Below, piece after piece: positions 10,495-20,675 of a stretch of 47,195 bases of DNA. The position numbers and the translations under genes are program-made. The notes under the pieces are model-generated. The model ran no database searches. It was not told where the DNA came from and was given only the letters and a program-made list of their open reading frames with translations. The stretch comes from a bacterium (GTDB lineage: Bacteria; Nitrospirota; Thermodesulfovibrionia; Thermodesulfovibrionales; JdFR-85), in NCBI GenBank assembly GCA_036244995.1, contig BTTF01000003.1:1-47195 (forward strand), in the 5' to 3' direction. The stretch's first letter is position 1. Each line of letters begins with the position of its first letter.

Positions 10495-10585
10495 TGGCGG
10501 AGGGGGTGAGATTCGAACTCACGGAGGCCGTTCAGACCTCAACGGTTTTCAAGACCGTCGCCTTAAACCACTCGGCCACCCCTCC
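10495..10585 (-). tRNA. tRNA-Ser(TGA)
   Basis: Reverse complement GGAGGGGTGGCCGAGTGGTTTAAGGCGACGGTCTTGAAAACCGT...GTTCGAATC...CCGCCA; long variable arm, encoded CCA. Confidence 0.95.
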
Positions 10586-10672
10586 TTATTAGTCAGAATT
10601 AGTCAGATAACCAGATAATAATAATTGAAATTATAACAAAATTGCCACTTTTTAGTCCGCTTTTCGCTTGCC

Positions 10673-10702
10673 TTGACAGTGATAAACTTTTGCTGGTATA
10701 GT
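10673..10702 (+). promoter_or_regulatory. sigma70-type promoter of the rpsU operon
   Basis: TTGACA-18 nt-TATAGT, with TG extended -10. Confidence 0.6.
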
Positions 10703-10750
10703 ATTTTTATTTTTTTAAAATATATAAATAGAGAGGAGTGTGGTTAGTGG

Positions 10751-10951
10751 ATGCCCTCTGTGAGTGTCAGGAAGAACGAGTCCTTCGAGCTTGCACTGAA
10801 GAGGTTTAAGAAACAGTGTGAGAAAGACGGAATACTCTCGGAGATCAGGAAGCGGGAGCATTATGAAAAGCCGAGCGTCAAGAGGAAGAAAAAGATACTT
10901 GCAGCGCGGAAAAAAGCTCTCAAGAAAATGAGACTGTATCAGGGAAGGTAA
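10751..10951 (+). CDS. rpsU: 30S ribosomal protein S21
   Basis: [33 protein letters not shown]. Confidence 0.96.
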   Translation: MPSVSVRKNESFELALKRFKKQCEKDGILSEIRKREHYEKPSVKRKKKILAARKKALKKMRLYQGR

Positions 10952-11395
10952 ATGTCCATACTTGAAAGGATTGACAGCGACCTGAAGGTTGCGATGAAGT
11001 CTTCTGAGAAGATCAGGGTTTCAACTCTCAGAATGGTGAAGGCCTCTCTGAAGAACCTTGAAATAGAAAAAGGAGAGCTTTCAGATGACGATCTAATCGG
11101 GGTGCTGAGTACCCAGGCAAAACAGAGAAGGGAGTCCATCTCCGAGTTTGAGAAGGGTGGAAGGCAGGACCTTGCAGATCAGGAGAGGGAGGAACTTGCT
11201 GTCATCCTGGGTTATCTGCCCGAGCAGTTATCGGAGGAGGAACTTGCCGGTATAATCCTGGAAACTATAAGGGAGACAGGTGCGTCTTCCCTGAAAGACA
11301 TGGGACGGCTTATGAAGAGCCTTATGCCCCGGGTTAAAGGCAGGGCTGACGGCAAACTGGTAAGTCGGAAGGTGAAGGAATTATTGGGGAATTAA
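10952..11395 (+). CDS. GatB/YqeY domain protein
   Basis: DLKVAMKS...KQRRESI.EFEKGGR.DLA..E..EL...YLPEQLS...DMGRLM; follows rpsU. Confidence 0.92.
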   Translation: MSILERIDSDLKVAMKSSEKIRVSTLRMVKASLKNLEIEKGELSDDDLIGVLSTQAKQRRESISEFEKGGRQDLADQEREELAVILGYLPEQLSEEELAGIILETIRETGASSLKDMGRLMKSLMPRVKGRADGKLVSRKVKELLGN

Positions 11396-11426
11396 TAGTA
11401 CTATAAAGACTTAAAGAATTTGCCTG

Positions 11427-11523
11427 GACAGGATTAACAGGATGAACATGATAAAACAAAATTGAATTATTTTTATCAGTTTAATTTAAAAAAAGAAATC
11501 CTGTAAATCCCGTTAATCCTGTC
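11427..11523. repeat. Nonamer-based inverted repeat element (GACAGGATTAACAGGAT...ATCCTGTC), copy 1
   Basis: 26-nt arms 11427-11452 and 11498-11523, 22/26 complementary, AT-rich spacer. Confidence 0.85.
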
Positions 11524-11589
11524 TGAAAACAGCAGTTGGTCTTTATTATTTTCTGTCATACAACATAAAACATAAAAAAGGAGAACTGG

Positions 11590-12540
11590 ATGACACTTGG
11601 TGAACTATACGAAAAGGCGGTCTCGATCGGTATCGGCAATGACCCCAGGGGCATTGATATTGTTAATAATGAACTGTCATCTGTAAAAAAGAACCTTGAC
11701 GAACTAAAAGACAGGGATAAAGAGTTTTTTGACCAGGAGACGCTTAAAAACCCTTATGCCGATTCCAGAATACTCTATGGCAATGGTGACGAGGAGATAA
11801 AGACAATCCTTGCGGGGATTGACATAGAAGTGGGCGAGGTAGTGCTTGCCGATCAGTTGAGGTCAAAGGGAAGGACAATAAGCATGCTGCTTTCTCATCA
11901 CCCTGAAGGCCGTGCCTATGCCCATCTTTACGATGTCATGAGAATGCAGTCGGATGTGCTCCACAGGTTTGGCGTGCCCATCAATATTGCCGAGGACCTG
12001 ATGGAGGGGAGGATAAAGGAGGTCGAGAGGCGGCTCATGCCGGTTAATCATACCCGTGCCGTAGATGCAGCGAGACTCCTTGACATACCTTTTATGTGCC
12101 TTCATACCCCGGCCGACAATATGGTAGCTTCCTATCTGCAGGGAGTCTTTGATGGGAAAAAGCCTTACAGGATTGAGGATGTAGTTGACCTCCTGCTGGA
12201 GGTGCCTGAATACAGGCAAGCCAAAAAGATTGGCGCCGGACCAAAGATACTCATTGGCTCGGAAAAGAGAAAGGCCGGAAAAGTCTTTGTTGATATGACA
12301 GGCGGCACCGAGGGTTCGAAGAAGATATTCAGCAGTTTAACCGCAGGTGGCGTCAGTACGATAGTGGCCATGCATCTGAGTGAGGATCACCGGAAAGAGG
12401 CCGAGAAAAACCACCTCAACGTTGTTATTGCCGGACACATTGCAAGTGACAATGTCGGTGTTAACCTCCTCCTTGACAAGATACTTGACGATACGATCGA
12501 GGTGATCGAATCTTCCGGTTTCAGCCGCGTCAGGAGATGA
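11590..12540 (+). CDS. NIF3-like dinuclear metal-centre protein
   Basis: SHHPEG, CLHTPADN, IAGHIASD metal-ligand motifs. Confidence 0.8.
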   Translation: MTLGELYEKAVSIGIGNDPRGIDIVNNELSSVKKNLDELKDRDKEFFDQETLKNPYADSRILYGNGDEEIKTILAGIDIEVGEVVLADQLRSKGRTISMLLSHHPEGRAYAHLYDVMRMQSDVLHRFGVPINIAEDLMEGRIKEVERRLMPVNHTRAVDAARLLDIPFMCLHTPADNMVASYLQGVFDGKKPYRIEDVVDLLLEVPEYRQAKKIGAGPKILIGSEKRKAGKVFVDMTGGTEGSKKIFSSLTAGGVSTIVAMHLSEDHRKEAEKNHLNVVIAGHIASDNVGVNLLLDKILDDTIEVIESSGFSRVRR

Positions 12541-12604
12541 TGCCGGAGGTTCTTGGTTTTAATTTTGTTTATTTACCGTTTTTTATATTTTAAAAAAACC
12601 TTCT

Positions 12605-14314
12605 ATGGATTTAAGCAATGTTGTTGATGAGATCAAGACTCGCCTTGATATCGTAGACCTGCTTTCCGGGTATATTGATCTGAAGAGGACAGGGCAGAAT
12701 TTTAAGGCCCTCTGTCCGTTTCATACTGAAAAGACGCCCTCTTTTGTTGTAAGTCCTGATAAACAGATATTTCATTGTTTTGGTTGCAATGCCGGTGGAG
12801 ATGTTGTTACATTTATCATGAAGTATGAAAACCTCTCCTTTCCCGAAGCGGTCAGGGCGCTTGCCGAGAGGGCCGGTATCAGGATTGAGCAGGAATCCGT
12901 AAGGCCATCTGCAACCACGACATTGAGGAAAAGACTTGTAGAGATGCACAAGGATGCCTGTGCCTTTTATGAGACTGAGCTGGGCAGGAATGCACAGGCA
13001 AGGGATTATCTCAAGAAAAGGGGGCTTTCGGATGAGACAATCGGTGTGTTTGCAATAGGGTTTGCCCCCGGCGGGAACCTGCTCCTGAAATTCCTGAAGA
13101 CAAAGGGATTTCAGGAGAGCGATATGCTTGCCTCAGGGCTGTGTAAGGATACAGAGCGGGGGAAAATGGATACCTTCAGAAACAGGGTTGTCTTTCCGAT
13201 ATCCAACGTTCGGGGAGAGGTGATTGCCTTTGGTGGACGTATCCTTGTCGACAATGCCCGTGCCCCCAAGTATCTGAATTCACCGGAGACCATCCTTTTC
13301 AAGAAATCTTCCGAGCTTTTTGGTCTTAACCTTGCGAAGACAGACATAAGAAAGCGGGGTTATGTAATCATGATGGAGGGGTATCTGGATGTTATAACTG
13401 CCCATCAGCACGGAATAAAGAATTCCGTGGCCCCCCTTGGAACTGCACTTACAGAGGCTCAGGCAAAAAAACTGAAGGCACTGACAAAGAAAATACTGCT
13501 TGTCTTTGATTCTGATGATGCAGGGATTAAGGCCTCGGTGAGGGCACTTCCCCTGCTGTATGAGGATGGTTTTGTTGCAAAGGTATTATTGCTGCCGTCA
13601 GGAGACGATCCTGATACATTTTTGAGGAAAAAGGGACGGGATGCCTTTCAGCAGAAATTCAGGGATGTTATGGGTCTTGTTGACTTTTACCTCTCTCTCT
13701 CCGGGGAAAGGGTTGACATTGTCAGGGATCTGATACTTATAATTTCCAGGGTGACGGACGGCATAATAAGGAGCGATTTAATCAGGGAGGTATCTGAGAA
13801 AACAGGTCTTTCAGAGCAGTTTTTGAGGGAGGAGCTGAATCTCCTGAGGAAGAAACCCGGTCTGTCCCGTAGTGATAGAAAGAATGCCGAGCCAATGTCT
13901 GCTGAAAGGTTTCTCCTGGGTGTATACCTTTCTTATCCGGAGCATGTCCACTTGATAAGAGAGAGTATCACACCGGCTGAGATTGAAGATAAGAGTGTGA
14001 GGGCCATATTCGAGAAACTTTATTTTTCATCTGTCTCAAAGCTTGAGGAAATTACGGCAAAACTCAACGAGCATGACCTGGCCATTGTTACAGGGGCAAC
14101 CATGGGACTCAACATCGACGGTGAGGAGGTTGAAAAGAATATCAGGGATTGCATAAGGACCATCAGGTACAAGAAACTTAAGAGAAGACTCAGAGACCTG
14201 GAGATGGAGATCAGGATTGCTGAAAACAGGGGTGAGGGACACCTTATTAATAACCTGCAGGATCAGATGAATCTCCTGATCAAGGAGGGGGGAGCGGATG
14301 AAGGAGTATTTTGA
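12605..14314 (+). CDS. dnaG: DNA primase
   Basis: CPFH..KTPSF...FHCFGC zinc finger, [31 protein letters not shown]. Confidence 0.96.
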   Translation: MDLSNVVDEIKTRLDIVDLLSGYIDLKRTGQNFKALCPFHTEKTPSFVVSPDKQIFHCFGCNAGGDVVTFIMKYENLSFPEAVRALAERAGIRIEQESVRPSATTTLRKRLVEMHKDACAFYETELGRNAQARDYLKKRGLSDETIGVFAIGFAPGGNLLLKFLKTKGFQESDMLASGLCKDTERGKMDTFRNRVVFPISNVRGEVIAFGGRILVDNARAPKYLNSPETILFKKSSELFGLNLAKTDIRKRGYVIMMEGYLDVITAHQHGIKNSVAPLGTALTEAQAKKLKALTKKILLVFDSDDAGIKASVRALPLLYEDGFVAKVLLLPSGDDPDTFLRKKGRDAFQQKFRDVMGLVDFYLSLSGERVDIVRDLILIISRVTDGIIRSDLIREVSEKTGLSEQFLREELNLLRKKPGLSRSDRKNAEPMSAERFLLGVYLSYPEHVHLIRESITPAEIEDKSVRAIFEKLYFSSVSKLEEITAKLNEHDLAIVTGATMGLNIDGEEVEKNIRDCIRTIRYKKLKRRLRDLEMEIRIAENRGEGHLINNLQDQMNLLIKEGGADEGVF

Positions 14315-15857
14315 TTTCTACGAAGATTCCATCTATGATTCAGATGGTTCAGGTCTGAGGCCTGAAGAGAAGGAACTGTATGAAGAGGAGGAGGCAGGGC
14401 AGGGTGTCAAGGAGGAGCATGACCCGTTAAGGTCTTATATGAAAGAGATGGGGGCTGTCCCTCTTCTGACCAGGGAGGGAGAAGTAGAGATTGCAAAAGA
14501 GGTGGAAAGACGCAGGCAACAGTTGACCCTGGCTACATTTTCTGTTCCTCTAATCCTGAAAAAATTAATAATCCTTGGTGAGTTGATAGAACGGGGAGAA
14601 GCGCCCATGAGGGAGATAATACAGACAGAAGGTGATGAGAGTGAAGAAGACCTGTTGGTCAGGAAAAGGGAGTTTTTTAAACATACCGAGAAGATAAGGG
14701 AACTTTTCAACAAAAGGATGCAGCTCCTTGGAGAACTGAGCAGGGAAGGTCTCAGAAAAAAGCAGGGGTCGGAAAAGATTATCCGTGAGTTGAAAAACAA
14801 CAGGAAAGACGTTTATGAGGAGATCAAAAACCTGAATCTGAAGGATTGTGCTGTGAATACCTTTGCAGATGAACTAAAGAGATTAAGTGCCCTGCTAATT
14901 CAGAATCATAGGGAACTCATGCTGATAAAGAGGAGACTCAGAAAGAGGAATATCGGGATTCCGCCGGAAGAAGATATCTCCAAGTATCCTGAAAAGGTGC
15001 AGGATATATTGAGAGAGTATTTCCTGAAACAAGAGGAGATTGCCGCGATGGAGAAAGATGTCGGGATGGAAGGTGCGCAACTCAGGCATGTACTCAGGGC
15101 AATCCAGAAGGCTGACAAGACCATACACGAGGTCAAATCCAGACTTGTAGAGGCTAACCTCAGGCTTGTCATAAGCATTGCAAAGAGATATATAGGCAAG
15201 GGGCTTAGCTTCTCGGATCTCATACAGGAAGGTAATATAGGATTGATGAGGGCGGTTGACAAGTTTGAATACAGGCGGGGGTATAAGTTCAGTACTTATG
15301 CCACGTGGTGGATCAGACAGGCTATAACAAGGGCTATTGCCGACCAATCCCGTACAATAAGAATACCTGTTCATATGATAGAGACCATAAACAAGGTTAC
15401 AAGGAGTTCGAGGGAACTTGTCCAGGAATTCGGCAGAGAGCCTTCTGAGGAAGAGATTGCAAAAAGAATTGACATGCCGGAGGCGAGGATAAAGGAGATA
15501 CTCAAGATTGCCAAGGAGCCGATATCCCTTGAATCCCCGGTTGGTGATGATGAGGAAGGCCAGCTCAGGGATTTCATTGAGGATACCCTGATGTCATCCC
15601 CCCTTGATGAAGCCATTCATGGAGACCTGAGAAGGAACATAGAGAAGGTGCTGATGAGTCTAAACCCGAAAGAGGCCGAGGTTATAAGGAAGCGCTACGG
15701 CCTTGACGGGTCTAACTTTCCTCATACCCTTGAGCAGGTCGGCAAGGCCATGGAGGTAACCCGCGAAAGGGTGAGACAGATTGAGGTTAAGGCCATAAGG
15801 AAGTTAAAACACCCCTCAAGGAGCAGGTGGCTTAAGTCTTTTATGGAAAGAACTTGA
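14298..15857 (+). CDS. rpoD: Primary RNA polymerase sigma factor (sigma70)
   Basis: [11 protein letters not shown] (region 1.2), [45 protein letters not shown]; follows dnaG. Confidence 0.95.
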   Translation: MKEYFDFYEDSIYDSDGSGLRPEEKELYEEEEAGQGVKEEHDPLRSYMKEMGAVPLLTREGEVEIAKEVERRRQQLTLATFSVPLILKKLIILGELIERGEAPMREIIQTEGDESEEDLLVRKREFFKHTEKIRELFNKRMQLLGELSREGLRKKQGSEKIIRELKNNRKDVYEEIKNLNLKDCAVNTFADELKRLSALLIQNHRELMLIKRRLRKRNIGIPPEEDISKYPEKVQDILREYFLKQEEIAAMEKDVGMEGAQLRHVLRAIQKADKTIHEVKSRLVEANLRLVISIAKRYIGKGLSFSDLIQEGNIGLMRAVDKFEYRRGYKFSTYATWWIRQAITRAIADQSRTIRIPVHMIETINKVTRSSRELVQEFGREPSEEEIAKRIDMPEARIKEILKIAKEPISLESPVGDDEEGQLRDFIEDTLMSSPLDEAIHGDLRRNIEKVLMSLNPKEAEVIRKRYGLDGSNFPHTLEQVGKAMEVTRERVRQIEVKAIRKLKHPSRSRWLKSFMERT

Positions 15858-15883
15858 CCTCAGCGATAAAAGAAATCTATAAT
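15854..15883 (+). promoter_or_regulatory. sigma70-type promoter of the tRNA, overlapping the rpoD stop codon
   Basis: TTGACC-18 nt-TATAAT, 14 nt upstream of the tRNA. Confidence 0.6.
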
Positions 15884-15897
15884 AAAGGCCGTCTTCA

Positions 15898-15973
15898 GGG
15901 CCCATAGCTCAGCTGGAAGAGCCACCGGCTCATAACCGGTTGGTCCCAGGTTCGAGTCCTGGTGGGCCCACCA
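15898..15973 (+). tRNA. tRNA with CAT anticodon, probably tRNA-Ile2 (lysidine); elongator Met not excluded
   Basis: GGGCCCATAGCTCAGCTGGAAGAGCCACCGGCTCATAACCGGTTGGTCCCAGGTTCGAGTCCTGGTGGGCCCACCA. G1-C72 is paired, so not an initiator; located after rpoD like ileX. Confidence 0.9.
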
Positions 15974-15989
15974 TTTTACTGATAAACAT

Positions 15990-16065
15990 TGGAGAGATAG
16001 AGGACCGGTAACCCTGAGAAACATTGCTGCAGTCAGCCCGGTGCTCCATCTTTCCAGGTTTTTTT
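15990..16065 (+). terminator. Long imperfect hairpin followed by a U-tract
   Basis: TGGAGAGAT...ACCGG...CCGGT...ATCTTTCCA followed by GGTTTTTTT. Confidence 0.45.
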
Positions 16066-16137
16066 GATTATGTTCAAAATAACAGTCGATGGACTCTTGA
16101 AAAGTCCATAAAATTAACGAATGTCGGATTGGAGAGA

Positions 16138-16887
16138 ATGAAAGAGGAACTCAAGCTTCTTGTTGCCCTTCAGGAGATAGATTCTATTATCCTCCGGAAG
16201 AGACTTGAACTAAAAAAGGCGCCTGAAGAGATCAAACGTTACCAGGGACCTTTAAGCGAGTCTGAAAAGGCGTATAAGGGGGAAAAAGAAAAGTACGAAG
16301 CTGTTGAAAAGAAGAAAAAACAGAAAGAGCTCGATGTAAAGGAGGTTGACGACAGGATTGAGAAGCTGAAATCGAGAATGTCGGATATAAAGACCAACAA
16401 GGAATATAAGGCCCGCCTGAAAGAGATCGAAGTTATCGAGAGGGAAAGATCAAGGCTGGAAGACGATATCCTCTACATGATGGAAGAGCTTGATGAGGTA
16501 TCAGCGGGACTGAAAGAGGCTGAAAGGCGGATAGGGGATGAGAAGAAACGGCTTCAATCCTTACAGAAAGAACTGGATGTCAAGAGTGGTTTGATCGAAA
16601 AGGAACTTGCGGAGCTGAAGGAGCAAAGAGAAACTTTTGTCGGAAAGATTCCATCAGGTCTTTATAACAGATACATGGAAGTTTTACAGAAATCCAGCGG
16701 CCTGTCCGTGGTTGAGGCAAAGGATGATCGATGCCTTGGATGTTATATGAGTATTCCCCCCCAGATATACGTTGAGATAAAGACATCAGATGAGATTATG
16801 CAATGTCCTCAATGCGGCAGGTTCCTGTACCGTAAGGAGACCGCTGCTGGCGAAGCACAGGAACAAGTCAGCAAGAATTCAGATTGA
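16138..16887 (+). CDS. Coiled-coil C4 zinc-ribbon protein (DUF164/CT398-like)
   Basis: LQEID start, long coiled coil, C-terminal CLGC..IPPQ...CPQCGRFLY. Start moved to ATG 16138 after GGAGAG. Confidence 0.9.
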   Translation: MKEELKLLVALQEIDSIILRKRLELKKAPEEIKRYQGPLSESEKAYKGEKEKYEAVEKKKKQKELDVKEVDDRIEKLKSRMSDIKTNKEYKARLKEIEVIERERSRLEDDILYMMEELDEVSAGLKEAERRIGDEKKRLQSLQKELDVKSGLIEKELAELKEQRETFVGKIPSGLYNRYMEVLQKSSGLSVVEAKDDRCLGCYMSIPPQIYVEIKTSDEIMQCPQCGRFLYRKETAAGEAQEQVSKNSD

Positions 16888-16973
16888 AGACAAAGAAACC
16901 GATATGCAGAAAACAGCGAAGCCGATCCCCTGGCAAAGAAGGCTGTTCAAAGAGTCAACCGTTAATTACAATA

Positions 16974-17460
16974 AATGCAGGGCAGGTGAGATGGTTGCTC
17001 CGCAGGCCGGCGTATGCCTGAGATTGCGGAGAGGAAAGTCCGGGCTCCGAAGGGCAAGGACAGTGGCTAAGTGCCACCGTCCCGCATCCGCAAGGATTTA
17101 TCCAGCCGGCTGCGGGATAGGGAAAGTGCCACAGAAAAGATACCGCCTGTGTGAAGGGGTCAGGTCTCAACATTCAACATAAGCAGGTTCTATCCGGGGA
17201 GCTTGAGAGTTATGTTGAATGTTGAGACCTGACCCCTCATCTCACGGTAAGGGTGAAAAGGTGGGGTAAGAGCCCACCGCTGCGGGGGTGACCTTGCAGG
17301 CATGGTAAACCCTGTCCGGAGCAAGGCCATGTAGGTTCCGCCTCGAGGGTGGCCCGCCCGATTGAGCGGAACGGGTAGGCTGCATGAGTCCGGGAGCAAT
17401 CCCGGACCTCAGATGAATGACCATTACATACAGAACCCGGCTTATTGCCTGCTCTGCATT
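16974..17460 (+). ncRNA. rnpB: RNase P RNA, bacterial type A, about 487 nt with enlarged P12
   Basis: GAGGAAAGTCCGGGC (17031), GGAAAGTGCCACAGAAA, GGTAAGGGTGAAA, GGTAAACC, ACAGAACCCGGCTTA; P1 = AATGCAGGGCAGG / CCTGCTCTGCATT. Confidence 0.95.
17155..17237. mobile_element. Putative non-autonomous hairpin element (perfect 28-bp inverted repeat) inside rnpB P12
   Basis: AGGGGTCAGGTCTCAACATTCAACATAA (17155-17182), 27-nt loop, exact reverse complement at 17210-17237. The repeat is seen directly; mobility is inferred. Confidence 0.7.
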
Positions 17461-17523
17461 CAATATAAGAAGGTTTTATCCTGGGAGCTTGAGAGTTATG
17501 TTGAATGTTGAGACTTGACCCCT
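17457..17523 (+). repeat. Second, left-truncated copy of the P12 element at the rnpB 3' end
   Basis: 62/67 identical, ungapped, to 17171-17237. Confidence 0.9.
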
Positions 17524-17536
17524 GACTTTAAAAATT

Positions 17537-18832
17537 ATGAAAACTGTAAAGACAGCCGTCCTTCTTTTGCTGTTCCTTTCTTTGTCACTACCGCTTTTTT
17601 CTGAAGAAACCAGGGCGGGGCAGGTCATGGTAATAACTGTTCAGGGTGTCATAAATCCTGTCTCCTCTGAATATATAGAAAAAAGTATTGAGGAAGCGAA
17701 TGGACAGGGGATGGAGGCCCTTGTGATTGAACTGGATACTCCGGGGGGCCTCGACACTTCCATGCGGTCAATTATAAAGGTTATAAACGGCAGTGAGGTG
17801 CCTGTGGTGGTTTATGTGGCCCCATCAGGGGCGAGGGCTGCCTCGGCAGGTGTCTTTATTACAATGGCTGCGCATATTGCGGCAATGGCCCCGGGCACCA
17901 ATATAGGTGCTGCCCACCCTGTTGGAATCGGTGGCAAGATGGACAAGACCATGGTTGAGAAGGTAACAAATGACGCAGTGGCCTATATAAAATCCATTGC
18001 TGAAAGGCGCGGCAGGAATGTGCAATGGGCAGAAGATGCCGTAAGAAAGAGCGTTTCTATCACTGCCGGTGAGGCACTGAAACTCGGGGTGATAGACCTT
18101 GTGAGCAAGGATATTGGAGACCTCCTTGACAGGATTGACGGTATGAAGGTGAAAACCCCGGCAGGAGAGAGGGTGCTTCATACCAGAGGGGCTTCAGTTG
18201 TAAGGAAAGAGATGGGCCTGAGGCTGAAGATACTTGCCTTGATAAGCAATCCCAATATTGCTTATATATTAATGCTCCTCGGTTTCTATGGCCTCTTCTT
18301 TGAATTCACAAACCCGGGCTCGATATTTCCGGGGGTGGTGGGCGGAATATGCCTTATACTTGCCTTTTATGCCTTTCAGACCTTACCTGTCAATTATGCG
18401 GGGCTTCTTCTTATTGTCCTTGCCGTAATCCTCTTTATCCTGGAGATAAAGATAACATCCGGTGGAGTACTGACCATCGGTGGTATTATATCCATGATTA
18501 TAGGCTCTATAATGCTGTTTGAAAGTCCGGACCCTTTTATTAAACTCTCCATATACCTTATTGTGCCGGCAGTACTAATAACGGCCTTCTTCTTCTCTGT
18601 AACCGTTGGTCTTGCGGTAAAGGCCTGGAAGAGAAAGCCCGTAACAGGGATTGAGGGTCTTGTGGGGCTTGAGGGAGTTGCCCATACGGATGTGTTTGAA
18701 GACGGTATGGTGCTTGTTCACGGAGAATACTGGAGGGCATACAGTGACGAACCGGTTAAAAAGGGAGAGAAAGTGATCGTTGAGTCTGTTTCGGGACTCA
18801 GAATAAAAGTCAGAAAGGAGGAGAGGAGATGA
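17537..18832 (+). CDS. nfeD: NfeD-family membrane-bound serine protease (long form)
   Basis: Signal peptide, LDTPGG, RAASAG, GAAHPV, TM bundle, C-terminal OB domain (VHGEYWRA). Confidence 0.93.
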   Translation: MKTVKTAVLLLLFLSLSLPLFSEETRAGQVMVITVQGVINPVSSEYIEKSIEEANGQGMEALVIELDTPGGLDTSMRSIIKVINGSEVPVVVYVAPSGARAASAGVFITMAAHIAAMAPGTNIGAAHPVGIGGKMDKTMVEKVTNDAVAYIKSIAERRGRNVQWAEDAVRKSVSITAGEALKLGVIDLVSKDIGDLLDRIDGMKVKTPAGERVLHTRGASVVRKEMGLRLKILALISNPNIAYILMLLGFYGLFFEFTNPGSIFPGVVGGICLILAFYAFQTLPVNYAGLLLIVLAVILFILEIKITSGGVLTIGGIISMIIGSIMLFESPDPFIKLSIYLIVPAVLITAFFFSVTVGLAVKAWKRKPVTGIEGLVGLEGVAHTDVFEDGMVLVHGEYWRAYSDEPVKKGEKVIVESVSGLRIKVRKEERR

Positions 18833-19593
18833 TTTTTCCACCGCAGTTTTTGAGCCTTGTCTTTATTATCGTAGTTGTTCTTTACTTCCTTGCCAGCTCT
18901 ATCAAGGTACTCAAGGAGTATGAGAGGGGGGTTGTCTTCAGGCTTGGACGTATTATTCCGGTGAAAGGGCCGGGACTTGTGATTATATGGCCGATAATCG
19001 ATAAGCTTGTCAAGGTCAGTCTCAGGACAATAACAATGGATGTGCCATCGCAGGACGTTATAACAAAGGACAATGTTACGGTAAAGGTCAATGCCGTTGT
19101 ATATTTCAGGGTGATGGACCCGATAAAGGCAGTGACCGCCATTGAAGACTACTATTTTGGTACGAGCCAGATGGCCCAGACAACACTCCGGAGCGTTCTC
19201 GGACAGAGTCAGCTTGATGAACTGCTCTCCAAGAGGGATGCCATCAATGCGGAACTACAGCGGATTATAGATTTTCAGACAGAACCGTGGGGTGTAAAGG
19301 TAACGGCTGTTGAGGTGAAGAATGTTGACCTTCCTGTTGAGATGCAGAGGGCTATTGCCAAACAGGCAGAGGCTGAAAGGGAGCGCAGGGCAAAGGTAAT
19401 CCATGCAGAAGGTGAATTTCAGGCTGCCCAGAAACTTGCAGATGCTGCCAAGATTATCGCAACCGAACCTGCCACACTGCAGTTGAGATTTCTTCAGACG
19501 CTGACGGAGATATCTTCAGAGAAGAATTCAACAATTATCTTCCCTGTTCCTATTGACCTTATAAAGCCTTTTCTTGAAAAGAGGAACTCCTAA
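18829..19593 (+). CDS. SPFH/stomatin-like (slipin) protein
   Basis: [43 protein letters not shown]; ATGA overlap with nfeD. Confidence 0.94.
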   Translation: MIFPPQFLSLVFIIVVVLYFLASSIKVLKEYERGVVFRLGRIIPVKGPGLVIIWPIIDKLVKVSLRTITMDVPSQDVITKDNVTVKVNAVVYFRVMDPIKAVTAIEDYYFGTSQMAQTTLRSVLGQSQLDELLSKRDAINAELQRIIDFQTEPWGVKVTAVEVKNVDLPVEMQRAIAKQAEAERERRAKVIHAEGEFQAAQKLADAAKIIATEPATLQLRFLQTLTEISSEKNSTIIFPVPIDLIKPFLEKRNS

Positions 19594-19632
19594 CAAGAGA
19601 TCAGGAGATGGCGGTGGGTTGTAGTAGTTGTG

Positions 19633-20613
19633 CTACCATTTTATTAATGCTGAGGCCCATGTCAATCCACCGCCAAAGGCCTCAAGGATGATATAATCAC
19701 CCTCTCTGACCCGGCCTGACCTGACAGCCTCGTCAAGGGCTATGGGGATTGAGGCGGCAGAGGTGTTGCCATAGCGGTCAAGATTGATCATTACCTTCTC
19801 AAGCCCCAGCCCGAGCCTCTTTGCCGTGGCACTGATTATCCTGAGGTTTGCCTGATGGGGGATGAGCAGAGAGATGTCCTCGGGTTTTAATTTATGCTCT
19901 TTCAGGGTGCTCAGCACCAGTTTTTCCAAGGTCCTCACCGCTACCTTGAATGTCTCGTTTCCCCTCATCTTTATATAGTGGAGACCCTCTTTTACCGTCT
20001 TTTCTGTTGCAGGCATTCTTGATCCCCCGGCCGGTATGTGAAGAAGGTCCCACATTGAACCGTCGGCATTGAGCTTGACAGAGAGTATCCCCCTGTCTCC
20101 GTCTGTTGCCTCCAGCACTACAGCGCCTGCCCCGTCGCCAAGCAGCACGCAGGTGCTCCTGTCCGTCCAGTCGGTAATCCGTGAAAGTACCTCGGAACCT
20201 ACTACAAGTACCCTCCTGTATATTCCAGCCCGAATGTAAGCATCTGCTGTTGAGAGGGCATATATAAAGCCGGAACAGGCGGCATTTACGTCAAAAGCCG
20301 CAGCCTTTTTTGCGCCTATCCTGTGCTGAAGTATACAGGCGGTGGAGGGCAGGAGCATATCACTGCTGACTGTGGCAACGACTATAAGGTCCAGCTTTCT
20401 TGCTTTCAGTCCCGCAGATTTGAGGGCCTCATTTGATGCCATCAGTGCGAGGTCTGAGGCAGCCTCTTCCTTTGCGGCAATCCGCCTTTCCCTGATGCCG
20501 GTCCTCTCCCTGATCCATTCGTCGGAGGTGTCCACCATTTTTTCAATGTCGAAGTTTGTTAGAACCTTTTTGGGAACATATAACCCGGTTCCGGTGATCC
20601 TGGCCTTTAACAA
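19633..20613 (-). CDS. fabH: 3-oxoacyl-ACP synthase III
   Basis: AACSGF, PHQAN, GNTSAASIP, FGGGLTW; TTG start with AAGGAG RBS. Confidence 0.96.
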   Translation of the reverse strand: MLKARITGTGLYVPKKVLTNFDIEKMVDTSDEWIRERTGIRERRIAAKEEAASDLALMASNEALKSAGLKARKLDLIVVATVSSDMLLPSTACILQHRIGAKKAAAFDVNAACSGFIYALSTADAYIRAGIYRRVLVVGSEVLSRITDWTDRSTCVLLGDGAGAVVLEATDGDRGILSVKLNADGSMWDLLHIPAGGSRMPATEKTVKEGLHYIKMRGNETFKVAVRTLEKLVLSTLKEHKLKPEDISLLIPHQANLRIISATAKRLGLGLEKVMINLDRYGNTSAASIPIALDEAVRSGRVREGDYIILEAFGGGLTWASALIKW

Positions 20614-20675
20614 TACAGAACTCCTTAATAGATTGTTTTATTTCCCCTGCATCGAGACGATATCCTGACCGGTCC

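Noticed and set aside
10588-10620. ATTAGTCAGA x2 upstream of tRNA-Ser as an integration (att) scar
   Set aside because: It lies on the 5' side of the tRNA, with no duplicated tRNA 3' end and no integrase nearby.
16790-17463. ORFs of 130, 72, 69 and 73 aa over the rnpB region
   Set aside because: The region is fully explained by RNase P RNA consensus motifs.
17155-17523. CRISPR interpretation of the repeated 67-mer
   Set aside because: Only two copies about 220 nt apart, no repeat-spacer periodicity and no cas genes.
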